Assembly: GCF_001194135.2 (NCBI RefSeq)
Contig: NC_068990.1
Span: forward strand, 65,187,479 to 65,251,478
Source: Octopus bimaculoides
Lineage: Eukaryota
Length of the DNA: 64,000 nucleotides
Direction of reading: 5' to 3'
Shown: positions 1-10,911 of the stretch, in pieces
How the letters are laid out: each line of letters opens with the position of its first letter
Numbering within the stretch: position 1 is the stretch's first letter
Position numbers and translations under genes: made by a program
Notes under the pieces: model-generated
The model's database searches: none
What the model saw: the letters and a program-made list of their open reading frames with translations, nothing else
Told to the model about the DNA's origin: nothing

Positions 1-267
1 TGAATATATTCTCAATATTTTAAGCAGACATTCAGCAATATAGACACGAGATATGATAATGATAAGAAGGTAGGTGAAGTTTGTGATCAATATCCAGAAG
101 CTATCATGAAAGATGTATGGACAGTGCAAAAATAGTGAAATAATTCGCAAAAGCATGGTACATTATGAATGACTATACTGTATTGCATACATCTGGCTGT
201 ATTATACAGTAAACATTTTTAATATGATCATTACTGGTATTGTATTCATTTCTTCTATCTTTCTCAG

Positions 268-504
268 ATATTCCCTTGGGAATTAAAGAAGTCAAACTGG
301 AATTTATAAGGCTTGACTATCCTAATCATATTGAAGAACTGAGTTTCCACAATGAAAAGCACAGTTGAAACACTAAGAAAATCTCTTAAGCTGAGTGTTT
401 TGAAGCAATTCAATATCTACCTTTCAATAAAAAGTGAATTTCATGAAGATGTACTTTATCTAATGAAATGCAGTGTTAGAGAAAGATAAAGGTTTGAAAT
501 ATAG
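268..504 (+). pseudogene. Death-domain-like exon, copy A (frameshifted)
   Basis: Acceptor ttctatctttctcag| and donor |gtaaat. Manual translation DIPLGIKEVKLEFIRLDYPNHIEELSFH / TVETLRKSLK-AECFEAIQYLP resembles Death-domain helices 3-6. Confidence 0.55.
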
Positions 505-3209
505 GTAAATTTTTAAATCTTTATTTGTTATGAGGTAGTTCTACATACAATCACTGCCTTAACCTTTAACTGGTTCAATGGGGTTGATATGACCCCAATC
601 TTTATTTAGAACACTAGATAATCCAAGCCATTACGTTTTATGATTCAATATTCCACCTAATTTTTTTCTTAACTGTTTGCACTCATACAATTTTGTCTCC
701 GTTATTATTATGATTATTACATTCTTTGGCTAGGGGTCAAATTGTCTCTCAGCCTATAATTATCATAATGCACATGGTACAGTTCCAGACAACATGCAGT
801 CTTTTACAAATAGATTTCACCGAAAAATATTCTTACATCTTTCAGGATGTAATACAATTCACATGTTAGAGAGAGAAACAATTTACCATATTTACTCTGA
901 CCATGATAAAAGTTGGTATTCACTTTTCATGTGTACCAATGAAGAGCTAGAGCAGAATAAGAAGAACAATCTATGAGGTTGTAACGAAAGTTCTGTCTGT
1001 TTTTTTTTTTTTTTTAAGGATAATTATAAGACATGATTACCCCAGTCTAGCTTCTAAATGATATTAGTAGCTAAAATATTATTTCTTCATTCAGATGACC
1101 CAAACGTACATGCCAAGTAAAGAGCACATACTGCATGTTTTACTGTTTGAATTCCAGATGGGGAATACAGCAAGATCACTCAACAATACTTATGGAAACG
1201 ATGTGATGAAAGAAAGGACATGCAGAAGATGGTTTTCAGTCTAAAAGATGAAGAGAAGGACACCCCCAAAGGACTCAATTCTGAGGAATTACTAGTTACT
1301 GTTGATGAAAATCCAACCGTTACAACTAGGGAACTGAGCAGAGTTTAATGTGAACCATATGACCATCCATTGTGAAATAATAAGACTTGGTAAAGTCTCC
1401 AAGGCTGGACAATGGGTTCCACATGATCTGTCAGAAAACAATCACAAACAACATGTGGATTGCTGTGTCCCATTGCATTCACATGAATTTCAAACACTTT
1501 TTTTTAGACAGAATCATTACTGGAGATGAGAAGTGGATTCTCTACAATAATGTTAAGTGCAAAAGGCAGTGGCTCAGCCATAATTCAAAACCTATCCAAC
1601 AGCCTTGAAGTCGTCTGCATCCAAAGAAGATTCTTTTGAGTGTATGGTGGGACATGAAGGGAATTGTTTATTATGAGCTGTTAGGTGATAAACAATAACA
1701 GCTGGAGTTTACTACCAGCAGCTAAGATGTTTAAAAACAGTTTTGCAGGAAAAATGGCCTTTGTTGGTAAACAGAAAAAGAATGATCCTGCAGCATAATG
1801 CCAGACTCCACACTGCAAGAGTGACCCAGAATCTCCTAGAAGACTTTGGCTGAGAAATTATGCTTCACCCACCATATTTTTCTGACCTTGCTCCAACAAA
1901 TTACCATCTTTTTAAAAGCTTACAAAATCAATTTGCAGAACTTTGGCTTACTTCAAGAGAAGAGGTTGAAATGAAGCTAGTTTCTTTTTTTGAGTCAAAA
2001 CCAATTGAATTTTATGAAAAGGGTATCAAAATGCTTAGGGAAAGATGGGAAGATGTCACTGAAAAGACTGGTGACTATGTTGATGATTAAAAAACATATA
2101 CAGGGTATTCCAGAAGTCTTGGGCACATTTCAAGTCCTCATATCTGCTGGACTATGATTGGTAGTAAGACGAAACTGGTACCATTTTAAAGCTAAATTCA
2201 TTAAGTTTTTTTGTAATGCTAATGATTTTTTCATATTTTTTCAGAGCCAGTAATGGCGTTCACTCAACCAAAATAGGCGTTTTGCGTCTTTCAATTTGCA
2301 AAAACTGAATCATGGATACTTGTTCAACGTGCATTTCACACAAAATTCCGAAAAAAGGCACCAGAAAGGAAGTCCAAATTGAGATGGCATGGTAAATTCA
2401 CGAAGGATGGATGTTTGTGCCCAGCTAAGAGAACAGAACACTCCTCAACTTCAGATGATATGGTTGAGCGTGTTCAAACTGCCTTCGAGCAGACCTCCTG
2501 TAAATCAATCAGAAGAGCCAGTAGGGAACTTCAGCTTCCTACAACAACTGTTTGGCATATCTTAAAAAGACGACTGCAGATGATACCTTACAAATTACAG
2601 TTAGTCCAAAGTTGCAGGATACTGATGAACCAGATCATCGTGACTTTTGCATTGCAATGCAAGAGAAGTTGGAAGATGACAGATTTGATGACCGGCTTGT
2701 TTTTAGCGATGAGGCAACCTTCCACGTAAATGGCAAAGTTAACAAGCATAACACTCGCATATGAGGTACTGAAAACCAAACATGAACTTCTTGAGCATCA
2801 GTGAGATTCCCCAAAGATGAACATGTTTTGTGCCAGTCCAAGAAAGCTGTCTACGGACCATTTTTCTTTGAAGGAGCAATAACAATGGTGACATGTACCT
2901 CGACATGCTGGAAAACTGGTCAATGGACAAGATGAGTGAGGAAGAGTCTGACGACTTCATTTTCCAACAGGATGGGGCGCCACAGCACTGGAGCCTCAGA
3001 GTTAGACAATATCTGAACACAATACTGCCAGACAGATGGATTGGATGGTCTGGGCGAGATGATCACGGTCTCATGCCCTGGCCTCCCATGTCTCCAGATC
3101 TCACACCTTGCGATTTCTTTTTGTGGGGGTTTGTGAAAGGACTGGTCTGTGCCTCCCCTTCCAAAGATGTGGATGAACTGAAGGCTCAAATAATGAAAGC
3201 TGTTGCAAC

Positions 3210-4186
3210 TGTAGTGACGTCATATTGGCGCCAAAAAGGCATAGTCGCTATTGCTACATCCTTAACCACGCATGCGTGGATTTCAACATCCAAGCGTTCC
3301 CGCTTCTATTCTGTCTCTTACCATGCCAGACAGCGAACAAGCAAGACGGTCTAAAACAAGCTCTCATTGAGTGTGGAAGAAGCAAGTTGTCTCTCCAACG
3401 ATTCATCTCTAGGGACAGTACATCTACATTCAGGCTACTCAGAAACCGGACAATTGGAAGCTGTATATTTTCCACCATAAATAAATATTGTTGTTGTTGA
3501 TCAGTTTGGAGTTCTGCGTTCCGTTCACTTCTAATTTAATATAGGAAAGTCAGGTGTACATCTAATGATGTATAACCCACATTCCTAAAGTGGTGACCCC
3601 GACTAAAGAACGACTGCAGCCATGACGATCTGGACTAATCAGCATCAATAAATATTATGTACTCACTGAAATTGTTCGCATGTGACGAGCATGTTGCTGC
3701 CATTTTTAGCAAGTAGACGACGCTGTGTAAAAATGAATTTGACGTCTCGTAAGGTATTATCGCTGGTATGAGCAACACGAGTTTACGACCACACGCCGCC
3801 GACACCATCATCAACTACGACTAACTTGAGCGTCTCTCAACATTTTCATCACACAAATAGAAAGCTAAGAAAAATTTTTTTTCTGCGATAAAGTTTTTAT
3901 TTTGTCGATGACTTATAGAGCTTGTAAACAAAACACTTCTTCGCTAATAAGACTTTTGTGGTTTTCACACAAGCAACTTCACGGACATTTCCTTTTACCG
4001 ACCTTTTGAACTATTTCAGTGAGATATTAACTCGTTAGCATTTTTCGAACATACAAACTCACATTGTGCCAAGCTAACACAGACGTTTTTTTTCCTTTCT
4101 GACTGTTATTTCCATTTCCTTTCAGCACGTCAAGGTGGTAGGAAAGTCAGGTGTACATCTAATGATGTATAACCCACATTCCTAAA
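3210..4186 (+). mobile_element. Deleted Ty3/Gypsy-type LTR element (5' LTR + PBS + non-coding internal region + last 48 bp of LTR)
   Basis: Starts TGTAGTGACGTCA; AATAAA at ~3480; LTR ends CCTAAA at 3589. The 48-bp block 3542-3589 is repeated identically at 4139-4186. 4-bp TSD CAAC at 3206-3209 and 4187-4190; removing the insert restores the transposase frame KAVATINNAML. Confidence 0.85.
3591..3603 (+). promoter_or_regulatory. Primer-binding site complementary to tRNA-Trp 3' end
   Basis: TGGTGACCCCGAC lies 1 nt after the LTR end and matches the first 13 nt of the known tRNA-Trp PBS TGGTGACCCCGACGTGAT. Confidence 0.8.
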
Positions 4187-4639
4187 CAACCATCAACAAC
4201 GCAATGCTGGAACGCATTTGGCAAGAATTGGACTATCAGCTTGACAATTGCCATGTGACCAACGGTGCTCACATTGAACATCTTTGAACATTCCATAAAA
4301 AAACTTGAAATTGCTGGCTTTCAGAATATATCAGATGTGTTTTTATGTCCTTAATAGTTTTCGAGATATTCAATGTCAAAATGTGCCCAAGACTTCCAGA
4401 ACACCCTGTAGTTTGGGCTGCATTTTTATACTTATTTCAATTAAAAAGATGGACAGAACTTTCATTACAACCTGATAATTAGATTCTTGAAAAACTTAGA
4501 ACTACTTATTACAGAAGGTAATAATCACAGACTAGCAAACTTTCAGTTCTCTCTCAACACCAGTGTCGGTCAAACAAGAATTTGCAATATGTTAGTTGTT
4601 ATTCAAACCATCCTTGAGCAGTTATCAAACCCAAGTTTT

Positions 4640-5240
4640 ATTTGAAACTCACAGCTATGTTTAGAAAATCTAACACTGGCTGAAAGATATTTGTTGATGA
4701 GGAAAATTACAGCTACCAATATCATAAGAAAAATGTCAATGAAACAAAAACATACGGTAGATATGTAGAACAATCTTGCAAAGCAAGAATACATGCAGTG
4801 GAACACAAGAGGTTATGTCTGAGTTAAAAACTACTTCAATTTCAGTATGTGAACCAGCAAGAAGTTTTATTGGAGCTACGATCACTAATGAAGATTGGTT
4901 TTCGATTATTTACATGCCCTCTTTATCATCAATGGGAAGCAATGTACATCAATGGAGACAAAAAGCACAAACGAACCACCAATTCCACAGCAAAGGAATA
5001 ATTTCAAGATACTGGAATCCTACTGTTTTCTTGCAACTGGAGAGAAGAGACTACTAATATTTGCAATGGAAGATGTCTTAGAAGATTTGATACATTTTCC
5101 AAATTGGGCAGCAGATGGTACCTTTAAAATCAGTCCATCAATATATTATCAGCTATATTGTATCCATATCCAAGAAGGTAAATTTAGTATTCCCAGAGTT
5201 TTTGCCCTTCTTCCAGGTAAAACATATTTGTTGCAACTCA
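4640..5240 (+). mobile_element. MULE (Mutator-like) transposase fragment
   Basis: WAADGTFKISPSIYYQLYCIHIQEGKFSIPRVFALLPGKT contains the MULE DGTF first-Asp motif, preceded by a FLYWCH-like ...YSYQYHKK...SCKARIH segment. Frameshifted; no TIRs found. Confidence 0.8.
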
Positions 5241-5271
5241 AACCGCAGCTTATTCTGAAATCTTTCCCCAG

Positions 5272-5502
5272 ATATTTCCTTGGGAATTGAAGAAATCAAA
5301 CTGGCATTGATAAGGCTTAACTATCCTAATCATACTGTAGAACAAAGTTTCCACAAAGAAACATACAATTGAAACATTAAGAAAATCTCTTGAAAAAGCT
5401 GAGTATTTTGAAGCAATTCAATATCTACCTTTGGATAAAAGTGAATTTCATAAAGATGTACTTTAACTATTAGAATGAACTGTTAGAAGTTTTGAAATAC
5501 AG
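5272..5502 (+). pseudogene. Death-domain-like exon, copy B
   Basis: Acceptor tctttccccag| and donor |gtaaat. Translation DISLGIEEIKLALIRLNYPNHTVEQSFH / TIETLRKSLEKAEYFEAIQYLPLD. Confidence 0.55.
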
Positions 5503-6476
5503 GTAAATTTTTAAATCTTTATTTGTTTTGAGGTAGTTCTATATACAAACACCTCCTTAACTCCTAACTAGAACTATGGGGTTGGTATGACCCCCATCCT
5601 TTATTTAGAATAAATAATCCAAGCTGTCAGGTTTTACGATTCAATATTCCACATAATTTATTTTTTTAAAGCTCTTATTAATTGTTCACACTTGCAATTT
5701 TGTCTTCATTATTATGATCATTATTATATCTTTTGGTTTGGGGGCAAATTCAATTCAAGCATATGATGGTCATAATCCACATAGTACAGCTCCAGACAGC
5801 ATGCACTGTATTTTACAAATGGATTTTACCAAAAAAATATTCTGACAACTTTCTTGAAGTGCAATTCTGATATAAGAGACAGAAACAATTTACCATATGT
5901 ACTGTGACCATGAAAGAGATAGTATTCACTTTTCATGAATCTATTAATGAAAAGTTAGAGCAGTATGAGGAAAAAAAAAACTAATTAGAGTCCCCAAAAA
6001 CTTAAGACAACTCATTAATCATAGATTATTAGTATGAATAGTTGAATATGGTTTTGTAAAGTGTACATATCGCCCGTCATTCAACGGCAGCAAAAGTCAC
6101 ATAAAAATTTGCACTAAGTTAGTCTTTATTCAAATCATCCTTGAGCATTTATTAGATCTACAAGCAAAAGCATCTTGTATATGTTCTCCAAACTCTGTAT
6201 TAATAAGGATATATTCTCCCAAAATGCCAGCTACTCACAACACTGCACTTGCTAAATACATGCACTTGTTAGATACAGGCAAACAATTTAATATATTCTC
6301 AGTATTTTAAGCATTTTCCCACCTAAAACTGAACAGACATTCAGCATATAGACATGTGAATGCTTGTCAGACATGATAATGATAATAAAGTAGGCGAAGT
6401 TTGTGATCAATATCTAGCAGCTGTCACAAAAGATATATGGACAGTGCAAAAATAGTGAAATAATTAGTAAAAGGAC

Positions 6477-6859
6477 TGTAGTGACGTCATATGGTGCCAA
6501 AAAGGCATAGTCGCCATTACTGCACCTTTAACCACGCATGCGTGGAATTCAACATCCAAGCGTTCCCGCTTCTATTCTGTCTCTTTTCCACGCCAGACAG
6601 CGAATAAGCGAGACGTCTAAAACAAGCTCTCATTGAGTGTGGAAGAAGCAAATTGTCTCTCCAACGGAGTTTTTAACTCGTCTCCGCGGACTCAGCGGTG
6701 AATTATCTGATGGGCCACTTCTTCGGAAAATATTCTTTACACGGTTACCATCGCAAGTCCAGACAATTTTGGCAACGGCTTCTGAATCGAACACACTCGA
6801 TCAAGTGGCCACCATGGCCGATAGGGTCATGGAAGCACCAAAAAGGCATAGTCGCCATT
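6477..6859 (+). mobile_element. Second, more deleted insertion of the same Gypsy LTR family, with a gag fragment
   Basis: The first ~190 bp match the LTR at 3210. Then PTEFLTRLRGLSGELSDGPLLRKIFFTRLPSQVQTILAT...LDQVATMADRVME (Gypsy gag-like), then a short LTR piece. GGAC is duplicated at 6473-6476 and 6860-6863; the reconstructed empty site is collinear and equal in length with module copy A. Confidence 0.8.
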
Positions 6860-6970
6860 GGACAATACATTATGATTGTATTGTACAGCATACATCAGGC
6901 TGTATTATACTGTAAACATTTTTTCTTTGATCATTAATGTTGTTGCAATCATTTCTTCTATTTTTCCCAG

Positions 6971-7212
6971 ATATTTCCTTGAGAATTAAAGAAGTCAAAC
7001 TGGAATTTATAAGGTTTAACTATCCTAATCACATTGAAGAACTAGGTTTCCACAATGAAACGCACAGTTAAAACATTAAGAAAAGCTCTTAAAGAAGTTG
7101 AGTGTTTTGAAGCAATTCAGTATATACCTTTGGATAAAAAATGAATTTTATGAAGATGCATTTTAACTGTTCAAATGGACTGCTAGGGAAAGGATAAAGG
7201 CTTGAAATATAG
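6971..7212 (+). pseudogene. Death-domain-like exon, copy C
   Basis: Acceptor ttcttctatttttcccag| and donor |gtaaat. Translation DISLRIKEVKLEFIRFNYPNHIEELGFH / TVKTLRKALKEVECFEAIQYIPLD. Confidence 0.55.
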
Positions 7213-8012
7213 GTAAATTTTAAAATTTTCATTTCTTGTGAGGTACTTCTATGTACAAACACCTCCTTCACCTTTAACTGATACAAGAGGATCAATGTAA
7301 TCCCAGCCTTATTTAAGACAGTAGATAATCCAAGCTATCTGCTTTTATGATTCAATATTCTGCCAATTTTTTCTTTTTGTTCTTAACTGTTTACACTCAT
7401 GCAATTTTTGACCCCATTATCAATTTTATCATTATTACATTCTTTGGTTTGGGGTGAAATTCACCTCAAGCCAATATTGATCATAATCGCCATGGTACAG
7501 TGCCAGACAGTGTGCATTGTCTTTTACAAATAAATTTCACCAAAAAAATGTCCTTGTATCTATTAGAATTAGAGACAAACAATTTACCATATTTACTGTG
7601 ACCATGATAGAGTTGGTACTCACTTTTCATAAGCCTACCAATGAAGTGTTAGATCAGTATGAGAAAAAACAAGTAATTAAACTCTCCAAAGACTTAGGAC
7701 TACCTATTATAGGGTGAAGTAATCATAGATTAGCAAGCTTTCCGCACTCTCTCAACACCAGCATAAGTCAGACAAAAATTTGCATTATGTTAGTTTTTAT
7801 TCATTCGATCCTTGAGCAGTTATTAAATTCACAAGCAAAAACATCTCATATAGGTTCTCCCAACTCTCTGCTAATAAGGATACCTTCTCCCAAAATGTCA
7901 GCTATAGGGCTTTCCTATAAGTAGGTTATCTCCCTTGGCTAGGCGGCGCTCCATGTAGGCAATTAAACTTCCGCAGACTATCCACGCTATTGTTATTGTT
8001 TTACGTCTTATC

Positions 8013-9960
8013 ATGGATATAAAGCAGCTCGATGATTCAGCTATCGAAGTACTTACTGTGCCTGAGTTAAAGAAATATTTAAGATTATATGGACAGTATG
8101 TTACTGGAAGAAAGGCGGACTTGATTGAAAGGTTGAAATGTATAAAAATTCTGTCGATGAAGAATGTCAACAAAATAAATTCATCGGACGATACTTCATC
8201 GGAATAAGCAGAAGCTTATATCTCCTCTCGGTGAAATATTGCCTGATCCCAATCTGCTTTCAGCAGATTGGACTAAAGTTCTTTGTAAGTTGCCGAATTT
8301 CACAGATAATGACATTTATAATTACCTCGTACTATGGATGAAGGCAAAGCAACAGTTAAGGAGTGGCATAATTTACCACAACAGACACGTACACAGCATC
8401 GAATACCACGATATTAGTGAAAGCTGCTCTCACTGTATTGTCTGGTGTCTGGTAATCCCTTCGATACCGACATCAAACCCAAAAAAGAATCCTGACCACA
8501 GAGTGTGGGTAATTATGTCAAAGGTCACTGGCAATGTGCATTCAGCTGATTGCAACTGCACTGCAGGGTAAGAGCCTGTTTAAGTATTTTGACTTTCTTC
8601 CCTTGTATAATAAATTGAATTTTTTATGGATGTAAGGAAATAAATTTATAATCAAAACAATAAATAAATGAGTCTTAATTTTGAATATTTTTTTATTCCT
8701 GTCATATTTATCAAATACAAATGCACATACACACATCTCAAGTTTATCTAATAGTCTATTTCTTATTTTAGACAAGGAGAAGCCTGTAACCATATCGGAG
8801 CTTTATTACATGCCCTTGTGGACATAGCTACCAATAAGAAACGTGGGACCTTGGCACCAACTGCCATGAAATGCAAGTGGAATAATCCAAGAAAACGAAA
8901 ACAGAGCCCTAAGAAAGCTGAACAACTGTCATTTGGAAAAAACCTTAGCGATAGTTTTTCAAGTGTAGCAGGTGATACAACTGCAAAGCCCTTTGAGGCT
9001 ACTGTAAATTTAGTACGTTTCAAAGAAAGATTATGCAAAAGAGATTCAAATGCAGGGTGGCTAACTAATTCTGAGAAAGTCAGCAAACTTGATAACACTC
9101 CAGACCAGGGTGTCTCTGCGACGACACAAGTGCCTAATATTATTAAAGACAACATTGACTTTCAATTTCACGACAGCACTAATTTAGATACTGAATCTGT
9201 CAAGGAATTCTTTGACAAATTCTTGAATAATTTAAAGATTAGTGAGGAACAGTGTGTTCAAGTTGAACTTATTTCCAGGGGACAAAACAAAAACAGAACA
9301 TGGAAAGAACAAAGGAAGGGTCGAATTACCAGTTCTAGTTTTGGTCATGTCTTTGTTCGTAAAGACACGACTCCACCGGACAACCTTGTAAAACAAGTAA
9401 TGGGGTATAACAACGAATTTAAAAATAGCCATATCTCCTGGGGTATAAGTCATGAGCCTGCTGTTCGACGATTGTACACAAAAAGGATACAGGCAGTTCA
9501 CCCCAATACAAGTGTGAAGGATTGTGGATTGATTATTAATCCCTCCTATCCATATCTTGGTGCAAGCCCAGATGGATTAGTTGATATACCTAACTTTCCA
9601 GACGGACCAGGATTGCTTGAAATCAAATGTCCATCAAGTGACAAATGGAAACGGTTATCCCCTCATGAATGTGTAAAAGACAGTTCTTTCTTTTGTTCTG
9701 TTAAAGACAATGAAGTTGTGCTGAAAAGACATCACTCCTATTTTTATCAAGTGCAAGGGCAGATGGCATTAACTGGAAGAAAATGGTGTGATTTTGTAGT
9801 TTGGACCCTTAAACATCCAATGTCAGTGGAGAGGATCTACTTTGATGGGAACTTGTGGCTAACAATTGTGGAAAAACTGAAAATATTCTATCTTAGAGGT
9901 GTTCTGCCAGAAGTATTCTCCAGTCAAGTAAAGCGAGATATCCCACTTTATGCAAGCTAG
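8013..9960 (+). CDS. SAP domain - SWIM zinc finger - YqaJ/lambda-exonuclease-like PD-(D/E)XK nuclease; two exons, one apparent frameshift; probably transposon-borne
   Basis: SAP motif LTVPELKKYLRLYGQYVTGRKADLIERL. The SWIM motif CNCTAG|QGEACNHIGALL is split by a GT-AG intron (8568-8771) that preserves frame. Exon 2 is open to TAG at 9960 with QRKGRITSSSFG, WGISHEPA, LGASPDGLV, LLEIKCP and YQVQGQMALTGRKWCDFVVW. There is a frame change between the SAP ORF (stop 8207) and the next frame (open from 8179). Confidence 0.85.
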
Positions 9961-10560
9961 GCATTATGTCCCAGTGTACCTTACATTCCAGCAGTGTACT
10001 GTGTATATTACATCCAGGCTGTGTATGCAAACAGGAACACAAGAGAGAGTACATTATAATATACCTTGCAGGAAACATTCAGCAATATTTTGCAAAAATA
10101 TACATGTATTGTTATTCAAATTTGTTCTTTTGAACACACCATAGATAATATATTTTTTAGGGAATTGAAATTGGTGTGTACGTGTGTGTTTTAAGTATAT
10201 TAAAATTATGTTCTTTGTATCGTTTCTTCACCCATAATAGTAAAGAATTGTCAATTTTTAATAATTATGTACAATATTATATTCAGTTTCATTGAGTGAT
10301 CATTCTAAACATTATAAGGGAGTCTGAATTTCTCAGCAAAACCACATTAGATGATGAATTGCTAGTTGTTGTGTTTTAGGGTATGCAGTTATGAGTTACA
10401 AAGTGGTGGCTGTAAATTGGTCAGTCTAGCACATAATTTCCAAATTTTTGATACTTGGTGAGACATACTTAAAGGCATGACTGTTTTCAAAAATCCAAAA
10501 GGCTAGAGGTCCCTACACAGCAAAATAGAGAAATGTTCAAAACCCATATGGGCTTTCAAA

Positions 10561-10767
10561 AATTATATCATTAAAGGTAAAAAATACGAAACTGTCAAAG
10601 TAAGGTTCAACACTGAAGAAAGAGCCAAAGAGCTCTCAACCAAATCCTTCGAATACAAAGATTTTATCATGGTCCCCACATATCTAGGTTGTAGGGTAAC
10701 CAAAATTAAAATAAAAGATGTGCCTCCTGAGATAGAGATGAAACAGCTTGTATCTGCCATTTTTTAA
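10561..10767 (+). mobile_element. Possible non-LTR retrotransposon ORF1 (RRM-like) fragment
   Basis: Stop-free frame NYIIKGKKYETVKVRFNTEERAKELSTKSFEYKDFIMVPTYLGCRVTKIKIKDVPPEI resembles L1/Tx1-type ORF1 RRM segments; judged by pattern only. Confidence 0.4.
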
Positions 10768-10911
10768 AGATACAGTCAGATGTTTTTATCATTAAGTTCA
10801 TTTTTGTTATTGGGGTTATTTTATAATTAAAGTAATATTTTACATTTCAGAGAAGTGTTCATAAACTACAAATTATAAGAATAAAGATTATGATTTAAAA
10901 ACTGCATTTTT

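Larger units (their letters stand above)
2101..4408 (+). mobile_element. Tc1/mariner element of rosa (DD41D-like) type with 46-residue D-D spacing, nested in the mariner
   Basis: TIRs CAGGGTATTCCAGAAGTCTTGGGCACATTT and AAATGTGCCCAAGACTTCCAGAACACCCTG, flanked by TA. Motifs FSDEATF, QQDGAPQH and WPPMSPDLTPCDFFLWG; 46 residues counted between QQD and PCD. The C-terminus (TINNAMLERIWQELDYQLD...HIEHL*) resumes at 4188 after the LTR insert. Confidence 0.92.
974..4475 (+). mobile_element. Mariner transposon, full length but decayed, carrying nested insertions
   Basis: TIRs TGAGGTTGTAACGAAAGTTCTGTC (974) and its near-complement GACAGAACTTTCATTACAACCTGA (ends 4475), with TA duplications at 972-973 and 4476-4477. 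Transposase motifs WVPHDL, ITGDEKW and PPYFSDLAPTNYHLF lie in broken frames at ~1100-2090. Confidence 0.92.
1..7905 (+). repeat. Three diverged tandem copies of a ~1.3-kb module, each interrupted by different transposons
   Basis: The same blocks recur in the same order, e.g. ag|atatt(t/c)c..ttg(g/a)gaatt(a/g)aagaa(g/a)tcaaactgg at 268, 5272 and 6971; ggacagtgcaaaaatagtgaaataatt at ~119 and ~6439; tccttgagcag/att at ~4611, ~6138 and ~7809. Spacing between copies B and C is ~1.31 kb after removing the 6477-6863 insert. Identity looks roughly 80% by eye. Confidence 0.9.

Noticed and set aside
558-740. piggyBac-like terminus (ttaacctttaac...ggggttgatatgacccc) inside each tandem module
   Set aside because: No matching second end with TTAA could be found.
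9990-10500. Search for a Harbinger/Kolobok transposase or right TIR (ggaaagccct) next to the YqaJ gene
   Set aside because: Manual translation and scanning found neither, so the superfamily assignment is left open.
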